Source: Cyanophora paradoxa CCMP329 (Eukaryota > Plantae > Glaucophyta). Taken from it: 30,753 nucleotides of DNA. The stretch covers positions 1 to 30,753 of the forward strand of contig QPMI01000020.1 in the NCBI GenBank assembly GCA_004431415.1. The letters are read 5' to 3'. Both the position numbers and the translations under genes were made by a program. Numbering within the stretch: the first letter of the stretch is position 1; every line of letters begins with the position of its first letter. The notes below the pieces were generated by a model. That model did no database searches. It saw nothing but the letters and a program-made list of their open reading frames with translations, and was not told where the DNA came from. Below, piece by piece: positions 11,271-20,957 of the stretch.

Positions 11271-13366
11271 CGCCGGCCGGGGCGAGCCGGTCCGGGCGAC
11301 GGCGAGCGCGACGGGCGCGGCGGCGAGCCGACGGCGGGCGAGGCGGCGCGGTCGATGGGCGTGAGCGGCGCGCGTCGCCGTCGCTGCCGCCCTCGTCGCC
11401 TCGGCCTCGCTCTCGGACGACGACGAGCTCGCGACGAGGACGAGGGGTCCCCGGCGCCGCCGGGCCCGCGGCCTCGATGGCGCCCGCCCCGGCGGCGCGC
11501 GGCTCGATGCGGGAGCGCGACGGCCCAGCTGTCGACGTCCTCGTCGATCTCGAACAGGCGGAGATCGCTGGTGTCGACGATGGCGCTCTCCAGCAAGGAC
11601 CGGTACGCCTCTCGCCTGCGGGGGCGGGTTCGGCGTGGTGGGGGCGGGGCGGGGGCGGGAGGGCGAATAGAGGCACCTCGTGCGATGAAGCGCGTGTTTT
11701 TAGCGCCGAGCTCGCTCGTAAACGCCTCACCAGACTTTAGGAATCCGATGGAGCCGTCGTTCAGGTACTCTTCCACGAGTACTGCGTCGCCGCTCCAGCG
11801 CGAGGCTCTCGGCGAACCACAGCGCCCATATCCCTGGTGCGCGCGGTTCGCGCGCGTGCGCGCGCGCGGGCGAGGGCGCCGGCCTTACGCAGGAGTGACC
11901 GTCCGTTTGCAGGCGATCGGGAAGCTCCGTGACCCACGTAAACGACGGCAAGGCCTTGCTCGCCGCCCGCCTCAACCTCGGATCCGGCGGCGCGCCGAGC
12001 GAGTCAAAGTACCTGCACCGCCTGCGGGGACGCGGTGCGCGCGGTCGTGGGAGGGGGCGGGGGGATGGGGCGGGCGCGTATACCGGCTCGCGCCGTCGAG
12101 GGCGAGCGTGACCCAGTGGCCGCGCGTCGTCCACGTCCTCTGCGCGCCGCCCTGCCCCCGCCGGTGCAGCCAAAGCACAGAACGAGCCCGCCGTTTGCCG
12201 CGTGCCATAGCGCCGCTTTCGGCGCTCTCGTCGCTCATCTTGGCGTATCGCCGCAGGATCGAGACGATGGTGTCGAGGCTGGCGGGGTACAGGGCCTTGG
12301 CGCTCGCGTTGGGCTTCATGCGGTGCAGCAGGAGGGTCATCACGTTTGCGAGCATCGTATCCTACGCGCGCCCGGGGTGAGTGCGGCGCCGGAGGGGGGG
12401 GGGGGGGGCGGGGAGGGGGGGTACCGTTAGCCACTCCCTCTTGGAGAAGATCGCCAGGCGCCGCGCCGGGCGGGCTCGGGCACCATCAAATCGATCTCCG
12501 CAGGATCGTGGCCTCGGATGGCGAGCGAGGCCCTCTTGAACGCGAGCCGAACGCGGGATCCCGGCCCGGAAGCTTGGCCAGGAGCTGCTCCGCCCCTCGA
12601 GGCTCAGGAAGGACCACTTGCGAGCCGACCCAGGTTCTCCTGCCCCGCCTCGCCGGAGAGCGCGAGGAAGCTGACCAGCGTTCTCGCCAGGGTGGCAAAG
12701 TGGGGCGCCCGAGCGTCTTCGTCGTCGCGAGCCAGCGGTGCGGGCTGTTCTCTCCGAGGCTCGGGTGGCTCCTCGCGATCTCACGCCGCACGCTGGCCGT
12801 GTCCTTTGGGCCGCCGTAGATGCACTGGGCGATGCTGGCGAGCGGGATGTACCAGGGCGAGACCTCCGGAACTTCGAGCCGGCGGACCTTCAGAGCGAAG
12901 AACCTCGCCCCGTCTACGTGGAGCACCTTGACGTCGCACCGCTCGAACGTCTCCTGCGTCCGCCGCTCGATCGCCGAGGTGAGGTCCCGGTAGCAGTGCC
13001 GCAGCCGCGGGCTGTCCGACCCCTCCAGCAGATCGACGCCAGCTCCTCGACGTGCTGGAGGGAGAGGACGCGCGGCGGGCTCTCGGTCGGGTGCAGCTGG
13101 CCCGCGGCACGATCGCGAGCATCTCCAGAGGAGGATGAGGCTCTCCGTCTGCGGGCCGGCGATCGGCCTCGACGCGAGGCCGTGCGGTCCGGTGAGCTGC
13201 CTCGCCGCCTCTTCCGCCGCCTCGGCGGTCCGTTGCGAATATGCGCTGAACCTGGGCAGGGCGGCCGCGGGCCCGGCGTCGGTGCGGAACACGTGAGGCG
13301 CTCGGGCCCGGCGTAGGCGTCGAACGAGACCACCTCCCACGAGTCGCGCGCAAACGCGAGCGACAT
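11231..13366 (-). CDS. Ulp1/SENP-like (clan CE, C48) cysteine protease with N-terminal putative DNA-binding region; probably the N-terminal part of the YR gene
   Basis: ATG at 13364-13366 (gccATG). Spliced KREWLT-DTMLANVMTLLL, GHWVTLALDG (His 12116-12118), YFDSLG (Asp 12003-12005), LQTDGHSC-GIWALWF (Gln; Cys 11889-11891) give the H-D-Q-C order of Ulp1/adenain proteases. One base is missing at the C|GIW junction. Confidence 0.82.
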
Positions 13367-13836
13367 GGCGCCGCTGCGCCCGCGGCCTGCGCGCGCCTCG
13401 ATAGCAAGGGCCTGCGCGCTCCGATTTATGCGTTGAAAGAGGACGCGGGGAGCTTGCGGGTTAGGGGCGGGTGCGCGTGGGCGGGGGGAACGAGCGACTG
13501 TAAAAAAAAAATGGGACGGCGTAAACGGGGGGGGGTACGTTTGGTCCCCGTAAACGCCGATCCGGCCACTCGGATTCCCGTAAACCGTGTCGAGACGATA
13601 GCTTACACGCAGCTGCGGTAGTTTGCTTGGCCAGCAATCCGCACACAAGCTCGGTTCTCGGGTACCTCTATCGGCGGGCGTGGTCGCGCCCGCTTCGGGA
13701 ACTTGCACTTTCCGATCGATTCCGACACCGCCGGGCGTGTCCAAAGTCTCCGGTAAGCATTTCGACCCTTTCGGACGTCGTCTGCGGCTAACGGTCGCCG
13801 CGGCGGCCGCCCGTTGCAGGCGTCGCCTCGGCGGGC
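13367..13836. promoter_or_regulatory. Putative bidirectional promoter between Ulp1-YR and TET/JBP
   Basis: ~470 bp between divergent ATGs (13366 and 13837); lower GC, an A-tract at 13502-13511, three CGTAAAC motifs (13520, 13549, 13579). Confidence 0.5.
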
Positions 13837-16113
13837 ATGGCGGGAGGCTCGCTGAAGAGAGCGCGCGATCGAGAAGGTGATCGCAGCGACCTCGGCGATG
13901 TCAGCGGGCCCGCGGCCGCGCCCGAGGCGCCCGTTCCCATCTGGATGGCGTCGGCGGCGTCCCGCGCGTCGAGAAAGGCGCGCGCCGCGCAGCGCGGACG
14001 CATGATGAACATCTCGCTCGCCGCGGGTGCGGGGGGAGGGTCGGCCCCGGCGGAGCGCGGCGGCGGCGGCGGCGGCCTCGTCTGGATGAACCGGAAGAGG
14101 GAGCTCCAGGCGTCCGGCCTGGCGCTCGGCGGCGCCGCCGCGTCAAAGACGCCGCGCCCGGCGGGCCGTGTACTCGAAGAGTCTGCTCCCCGCACTTTCC
14201 CTCCGCCCCTCCAACGGGGATCCCCGCAGGCCCTACAAACGCGCCGAGCTGGTCGCGACGAGACGATACGGCTATCGATCCTTCGGCCCCGTCCGGTGGC
14301 GGGACCAGGTCCTGTACGTGCGTCCCGGGGTCGCGGGGGCTCCCGCCGCGCGCCCCGACGGCCGCCCCCGCAGCTCCCTTTCGGCGTCGTCCCCGAGGGC
14401 ATGACGGGGCCGCCGGAACGGATGGAGGAGCACTTTGGCTCGGAGCTGGGGCTGAGCCCACCGCCCGTCGACCTGCTCGCCCTGCGCGCGATCGAGGGGG
14501 CCTTTCTCGGGCGTCCGCACGGCCCGCCGCACGCCTCGGCGCTGGCGTCGTGGGCCGTATCTCCCGAGCGGCGCGTCGCGCTGCCCTGCAATCTCCTCGG
14601 GGGCGGCGTCGACTCGCGCTTCATCCGGCAGCAGCGGGCCGAGGTACGGCGCCCCCTCCCCCCGCGCCCCGCCCGCGCCTCACGCGCCCGCAGGGCAAGT
14701 TTGCCGCCTACGTCGCGCCGCTCCCGCCGGGCTGCTCCAAGGAGGACGAGGCGCGGCACGACTACGTCTTGGACCGCGGGCGCAGACGTGCATCTCCCTG
14801 GGCGGCGCCCTCGCCGCCGTCCACCTCCCCGGCCTCTTCCGCGAGGGCGCCGGGATCGAGCGGGTCGCCGCCGCCGTCGCCTGCGCCTCCACGGCCTTTA
14901 CGTTTTCCATCCGCCGCAGCATCATGTACAACGAAGCCCGGTGCGGCCCGGCCCGCCCGCCCCGCCCCCGCGCGCGCCCGGGCTCTGACGGGCCCGCCGC
15001 GCAGGACCAGAAGCTGCTGGACGAGGCGCGCGAGGCGGCCGAGGCGGCGCTGCGGACGGGCGGCTCGACGTGATGCGGGAGATTCTCGCCAAGCGGCCGA
15101 AGAGGAGGCCTCGGCCGCCGCGACCGCGCGGCCGCGCCGGGGCAAGAAGAAGAAGAAGAAGGAGCACGAGCGCGGCCCGAGGATCGTCACCGGCGTCCAG
15201 CGGGCCAGGGCGCGACCGTCCCGATCCCGGTCCGCGGCCCCGCCCCCACCCCCCGCCGAACGCGCGCGGGACGCGGGGCGAGCCGACCCGCCCTTTCCCA
15301 GATCTCCCTGAACCCGCAGTACGGCGCGGACACGAACGCGAACCGGCGGCTGCACCTCCTCAACGGCCACCTCGTCGGCGTGCTCGAGTACCTGTTCCCG
15401 GCCCTCTGCGCCATCGACGTCAAGGCCGGTTGCGACATGGCGGAGATCGCCCTGAAGGTCCTCGAACGGCACCCGTACAGCTACGGTCCGCGAGCGCGTG
15501 TGCGCCGGCCCCGGGCCCGCTCGTGCCCGACGCGCGGGTCGCGGGCGCGCAGGAACCTGGACGATGCACTGGATGAACCCGCCGGAAACGTGAGCTGCCG
15601 TTTACCCCTCGCTCCCTTTCCCGCCCTCGTTGATGCCGACGGCCCTCTAGGATATCAAAGGGCCACCGGGACCGCAGCGACGCGCAGGAAGCCTACGCCG
15701 CCCTCGTCTACTTTCACCCCGAGGGCAAGCGGGACCGGCCCCTGCACCGGCTCCGCTTTCCGGCCCTCGGCATCTCGCTCGACCTAAGGCACGGCGACGT
15801 CGTCTTTATTCGAGTGCGCGCCCTCTATCCTATCCCCCCCCCCCATGCCTGCCGATCGACGGCGCCCCCGTCGACGCCGCGGCCGCCAGGGGCACATGCT
15901 GGAGCACGAGGTGGTGGCGAGCGAGGGCACGGATGCGAGGTTCGCGGGCGTCCCCTCCGCCGGCGCCGGCCCCGGCCCGATTCCGCGCCCCCCTCGCGCA
16001 GGTACTGCATCGTCTTCACGCTGGGAAAGAACCTGAAAGTAGACGCCGATTCCGGGTCGAGCAGCGACTCTTCTACGTCCTCAGATAGCGACTCTTCGAG
16101 CTCGGAAGACTAG
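13837..16113 (+). CDS. TET/JBP-family 2-oxoglutarate/Fe(II) dioxygenase
   Basis: In-phase GT-AG introns 15486-15552, 15590-15650, 15814-15889 and 15940-16001 give YSYG-TWTMHWMNPPET-ISKGHRDRSDAQEAYAALVYFHPEG...LRFPALGISLDLRHGDVVFIR-GHMLEHEVVASEGTDAR-YCIVFTLG. This has HxD (15664-15672), distal His (15905-15907) and 2OG-binding Arg in RxxxVF; Ser/Asp tail, stop 16111-16113. The N-terminal exons carry frameshifts. Confidence 0.87.
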
Positions 16114-16829
16114 CGATAACGTAGGGCGAGCCGCCGTGATGGGAGGGGGGGCCGGGGGGCCGGGATCGAATCGTGATGGGAGCGGGCGGGCGGCCGGCGG
16201 CCGACGCGCGTGAGCTCGGGCGCGCGTTGAGGTTATGCGGCGCGCGCGGGGCGGTCCGGCGCCGCCGGGAATGGAGGGGCCGGGGGGCGGGGCCGGGGCG
16301 GGGCCGGGCCGAACGTTTAGAAGAGGGTCCTGGCTAGGAACTAAAAATCAGGTGGGTGTGGTACGGGCCTGTGCGTGCATTTGCTGCATCTAGTTCCGTG
16401 CGAGCGGCCCCGGGATATCCCATTTTAATTGCCCCTGGACTGGTATGGAGTCTGGACGATTTCGTCTGGTAAAATTCGTGGAGGCGATTGGCAGGGAACT
16501 AGATGCCGTATCGCGCTCCTACCAGCACCCGCTACGTGCACGGGGCGCTGGTTTGGAGCGGACCCGGAATCACTACTATCGGGCCCCCGGCCCCGCGGGT
16601 ACCTGGCAGGAGGGGCCGCGCTTCGACGCGCGCGCGGGGGCCCGCGAGCTATCCCACGCGTAGAGCGGGCGGGCGCGAGGTAATGGGCGTGCTCGGCGGC
16701 GCCCCGGCTGGGCTCTGCTTACGGCGGCGCGAGGGGGCGAGGCTCGCCCGGCCCCTTGCCGATTCGAGGTCGCAGTGCGCGCGGCGGGTGCGGGTTGATA
16801 CGAGGATGCTATTATCCTATAAACGAATT

Positions 16830-17271
16830 ACTATAGGAGTGAGAGTCGGCCTCTGGATCTGGGTCATGATCATGACATGTACATATGCATGCATGTCTCC
16901 ACGTTCTGAAATGTACATGTACATGTCGCTCGAGCTCCGGTCCGGGCCCGCACCAGCTAAGCTTAAGATATGATTACTATTAGGCTTCAAAGGCTTCAAG
17001 GCTTAACTTAAGTAAGCTTGTATCATAGTTTATATAATTATATACGTATACATATCTTGACAGCTACGTCCGACCGTCGGACAGTCATGATCATGATCAC
17101 TATGAAGCTTAATTATAAGCTTGGGAGTCATGATCGCTATAAGACTTAAGCTTCAAGGCTTGTATCTTTTTGGAACGATGATACTATGATATAAATTAAA
17201 TTCCATCTTTCAAGTTTCAATGATCATGATCATGATCATGATCATGATCATGATCACTGAGTCATGATCAT
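16830..17271. repeat. AT-rich palindromic filler with (TGATCA)6 microsatellite
   Basis: TCATGA, TGTACA, AAGCTT and TACGTA chains; (TGATCA)6 at 17221-17256; same character as 1-1790. Confidence 0.75.
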
Positions 17272-17294
17272 GAGGGCCGCCGGGCCGGCGGGCC

Positions 17295-17755
17295 GGGGCG
17301 AGATCTCGAGTTGACTGGGGGGAACTAGAAACGCTTAAGTTTGATAGCTCCATCACTGAATAGCTTATATTCTGCGGCTCGAGTGCCTCTTCCAAGAGCG
17401 TCGGGAGAAAGGGCCGCGGGGCCGGCGCCGCGCGGCGCTGCGGCGCGCGGGGCGAGATCAGAAGTTGACTGGAGGAGCTAGAAACGCGCGAGTTCGATAT
17501 CTCACTCACCGAATAGCTCATATTCTGCGGGGCGGCCGCCTCTTCGAAGCGCGTCGGGAGAAAGAGCCGCCGGCCGCGGGCCGGCGGGGCGAGATCAGAA
17601 GTTGACTGGGGGAGCTAGAAACGCTCGAGTTCGATATCTCACTCACCTAATAGCTCATATTCTGCGGGCGGCCGCCTCTTCGAAGTGCGTCGGGAAAAGG
17701 AGCGCTAGCCGCCGGGTCGGCGGGGCGAGATCAAAAGTTGACTCGGGGGGGAACT
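17295..17755. repeat. Tandem repeat, ~136-154 bp unit, 3 full copies plus a partial
   Basis: GGGGCGAGATC starts at 17295, 17449, 17586 and 17722, each followed by AGTTGACT(G/C)G; the three full copies continue CTAGAAACGC..AATAGCT.ATATTCTGCGG..CCTCTT..GCGTCGGGA. Confidence 0.9.
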
Positions 17756-18032
17756 CGGTGCGGCCGGGTACGGTTACAATCGCAGCACCCGACGGGGCGA
17801 GGTCCAAGCTCTCGCAATCTCGTCGTTCCGCTTGCTCCGGCGCTGCCAGCAGCTCTAGCGACCCAGCGGCGCTTTCACCGCCGGCCTGGCGCGCCGGGGT
17901 CTCCTGCGGTGGTTCGCGCCTCTCCCGCTCCGCCCAGTGATCGTAGCGGAGGCAGCTGCGCCCTTCCGGGTGGACTTGACGCCCCGGAACGCGTTTCGGC
18001 TCGCTCCCGTCGCGCGGCGAGCTTGCGCATCG

Positions 18033-18270
18033 CCCTAGTGCTCGCAGTCCACCCGCGAGCCGCCGGCGACCTCTTCGCAGTAGCTAAGATGCGGTCAGCC
18101 CTCGATGGGCGCTGTGGGCGGCGGGCGCGGCGGCCCCCGTTCCCCGCGCCCGTGGAACTGGGCCTAGTGCCCGCAGTCCACCCGCGGCCCGTTAGCGACC
18201 TCTTTGCAGTAGCTAAGATGCGGTCAGCACTCGATGGACGCCGTGGGCGGCGGGCGCCGCGTCCCCGCTC
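18033..18270. repeat. Direct duplication of ~105 bp (period ~129 bp)
   Basis: CCTAGTGC.CGCAGTCCACCCGCG...GCGACCTCTT.GCAGTAGCTAAGATGCGGTCAGC.CTCGATGG.CGC.GTGGGCGGCGGGCGC at ~18034 and ~18163. Confidence 0.85.
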
Positions 18271-18298
18271 CCCGCGCGCCGCCTCTCGCTCCACGCAC

Positions 18299-18903
18299 GA
18301 TGATAGCTAGCGGCCGGGCCAGCGCCCGCGCCTCGCCGGCGGCCCTCTCTGTCGTCGCGGAGACGCGGCGCACCACAGGCGGTTCCCCCCCCCTCTCTCT
18401 CTCTACGGTGCGCCGCGCCCCGGCCTGCGCCCGCCCGCCCGCACCGACGCCGCCCTCACGGCCGCCTCGGCGCAGGACTCGCGCCCGCTCGTGCGCGACC
18501 CCGTCGAGGGCGCGCCGCCGGCGGGCCGACCGCACGCGGCGTTGGTCGAGCCCCGCGCGCGCCGCCGGACCCGCCGCCCACCCGCCCCGCCCCGCCCCGC
18601 GCCGCCCGCCCCGCGCCGCCCGCCCCCGCCTACCTACCCGTGGATCAACGGCCCCGGGTCGCCGTTGAACGACGCACCCACGCCCTTCGCCGCGCTCGAG
18701 TTTCATCCCGGCGGGAGCCGGTGACGAGTACGCGTACCCCCGCCCGCCCCATCCCCACCCTCCCCCCCGCCGCCCTTTCCGTTGACCATGCGCCCAGGCG
18801 TTGCGTATTCGTGCGGTCTGTACATGATGGAGCGGCGGCGGGCTTTGCCGTCGGGTACGGTCCCCCTCCCCTCGCCCGCGTCCGGCCTCGTCCTCCCGTC
18901 TGA
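18299..18903 (+). CDS. Small spliced hypothetical protein, convergent with H3
   Basis: ATG ~18299, introns gtgcgc..cgcag (~18408-18476) and gtgacg..cccag (~18721-18797) joining TYPWINGPGSPLNDAPTPFAALEFHPGGSR to RCVFVRSVHDG; stop 18901-18903. Confidence 0.3.
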
Positions 18904-18921
18904 TCCGCGCCCGCTCGCCCG

Positions 18922-19721
18922 TCAGCCGCTCTCCTCCTCGCGGATCCGGCGGCGCAGCTGGATGTCCTGGGCGCGCGCGGCGGCGGCGGGCGTCGGCGCG
19001 CGCGGCGGCGGCGGGCGGCGCGGGCCCCCACCTTGGGCTGAATCGTGATGCGATTCCGGTGAAGGGCGAGCAAATTCGCTCCCCCGAGCACGTTGATGGC
19101 GTGCATTTCGGCCGCTTCGCGCATCGCCAGGATGGCGTCCTTACTCCATCTCAGGTCCTCGGCGGTGAATCCGGCCTCTACGCGGCGCTTCTTCTCGTCG
19201 TCAGCGATCTCTTTCACCTGCCGGTCCGCCCCGTCGCCCGGCGCCCCGCGCCCGGCTCACTCCGGGCTCACCAGGCGCTCAAAGGGAGCGAATCGGATCA
19301 AAGGGTTGAAGGTCTTCTGGTACTTGCGTATCTGCGGGGTGCGTTTACGCCCGCCCCGGGTGCGGGGAAGCGACGGTTAGCGGCGGCGAGCGGGGTACGG
19401 CGTCTAGTTGGGGGGCGGGGGAGGGTGGGGAACGGGCCTCCCTGAGCGCGACCGTGCCTTTGGCGCCCGGCGCGCACCTCTCAACCGCGGCGCGCGCAGG
19501 GACCGCGCGGGAGGGGCGCGGCGGACGCACCTGGGCGGTACCTACGCGCGGCGGTCACGTGCACGCGGCGACGCGCGCGGGGCGGACGGGACGGCGCGCC
19601 TGTGGGGCTTCTTTACGCCTCCCGCCGCCGGCGCGCTCTTCCGAGCGGCCTTGGTGGCGAGGCGCCTGCGCGGGGCCATGCTCCCCGTCGATTTCTTCCC
19701 CGCCTGCTTGATTCTTGCCAT
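18922..19721 (-). CDS. Divergent histone H3 variant, 147 aa (H3-like tail, CenH3-like histone fold)
   Basis: Six exons (19721-19600, 19541-19531, 19457-19438, 19331-19272, 19217-19032, 18966-18922; two GC-AG introns) splice without frameshift to [147 protein letters not shown]. Confidence 0.95.
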
Positions 19722-20132
19722 GGCGACGGCGCCCCCCGCCCGCCCGCTGCGCGCTCGCCCCCTCCTAGATCCGTATTCTCTGGCATGTATTTATCCGTGC
19801 GTGGGCGTCGGGGCGCCGGAGGGGGTGGCGGGTGGGGGTGGGGGATCGTCTCGCGGGGGGCGGCGGGCCGGCCGCGCGCCCGAATTCCCGCCCCGGTCCC
19901 GCCGGAGCGCGCGCTGTCGCCGCGCGTCCCGCTGCGTGCAGCCTGAACAGAGGGCATGCGCGTTTCGTCTGTGATCGGGAGAGTAAATGTATGTGGGGAC
20001 CTGATCGAGGCGCGCGCGCGTGAAGTTGGTATTTGCGCATGCGCGCCGCGGAGCGGTGGTGTGGGTGCTGAATTAAATGAAGACGGTGTCGGTGGGGTAT
20101 ATTTGGTACTCAAGTCCGGCAGCTCGAGATTT

Positions 20133-20928
20133 TCAATTGCAATGTAAACGAGATATCAAACTCTGTGTAGACCGTTTACGGGCCATGCTCCCCGTAAAAC
20201 GCATCGTGGGCGGTAAACGCGGCGGCGGGGCTCGCGGGTGCCTGCAGCGCCGCCCGTCGCTGCTCGTCGCGGCGCCAAAGTAGGAGCTCCTTCCGGCGTG
20301 CGCGATCCTCGCATTTACGCTGCGCGGCGGCCTCGGGTCGGGCCCGTGGCGGTCCTCGGCCCAACGGCGGGTCGACGCCAAGTCGTACCGCTCCTCGAGC
20401 GTTCGGGGCAGTATCCCACGGCGAGTATTCCTCCGGGGACGTTGAAGAGACGGCGGTCGAGTCCGAATCGCTCGGAGAGCGCGTCGGCCGAGTCGGCGCC
20501 CGGCGGGGCGCGGGTCTCGCGCCGCCGGTCGGCCTCGGACATGGCGGCCGCGCGCGTGGTCCATCCGGGTGGCCGGTCAGTTGGGGGAGGGCACGGGCGG
20601 CCGACGCCGGGAGGGCGGCAAACGTCGCCGCGGCTCGGAGTCGGACCGGCGCGCAGCAATGGGCGCAGGTGCGTTTACCGGTGAGCGGGCACTGGCCTCC
20701 GTCGTTGCGGCGCCGGCAGGATGCGCACGCGGAGAGCGTTGTTTGGGAGAGGATGCTGCGCGCGGCGCTCGTTGGGAGGGACGGTGGGATGCTGACGCCG
20801 ATGAGGAGGAGCTCGCGCGTCGTCTGGGCGTCGCCCGCGGAGATGGGCATGGTTATGGGCGTGTCGGTGGCTTTGATATCGATGCTCGAGCGCGCCCCCG
20901 GGACCGTGGATGGGGCTTTTATGTGCAC
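20133..20928 (-). CDS. Zinc-finger protein with XPA-like C-terminal region (frameshifted)
   Basis: CASC...CPLTGKRTCAHC, then AAATFAALPASAARALP, ALSERFGLDRRLFNVP and ERYDLASTRRWAEDRHG, resembling the XPA Zn/DNA-binding layout. Boundaries approximate. Confidence 0.4.
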
Positions 20929-20957
20929 GCGAGGTATGGCGTGGGGGGGGGGGGGGG

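Noticed and set aside
11700-12360. Polinton/adenovirus maturation protease implying a Polinton
   Set aside because: WLxD..(I/L)N and QxDGxSCG wording fits Ulp1/SENP better; no pPolB, rve integrase, packaging ATPase or capsid gene seen in the window.
1780-16830. Terminal inverted or direct repeats and TSD for the YR element
   Set aside because: Compared 1780-1870 with 16300-16830 and 17272 onward by eye; no convincing match.
17210-17521. 103-aa minus-strand ORF ending in IMIMIMIM
   Set aside because: Translation of the tandem repeat and (TGATCA)n microsatellite; no coding evidence.
18033-18270. Hammerhead ribozyme pair
   Set aside because: No CTGANGA...GAAA core on either strand.
18922-19721. 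Canonical H3/H3.3 housekeeping gene
   Set aside because: Too many tail and fold substitutions plus a 10-aa loop insertion; no H4/H2A/H2B neighbours.
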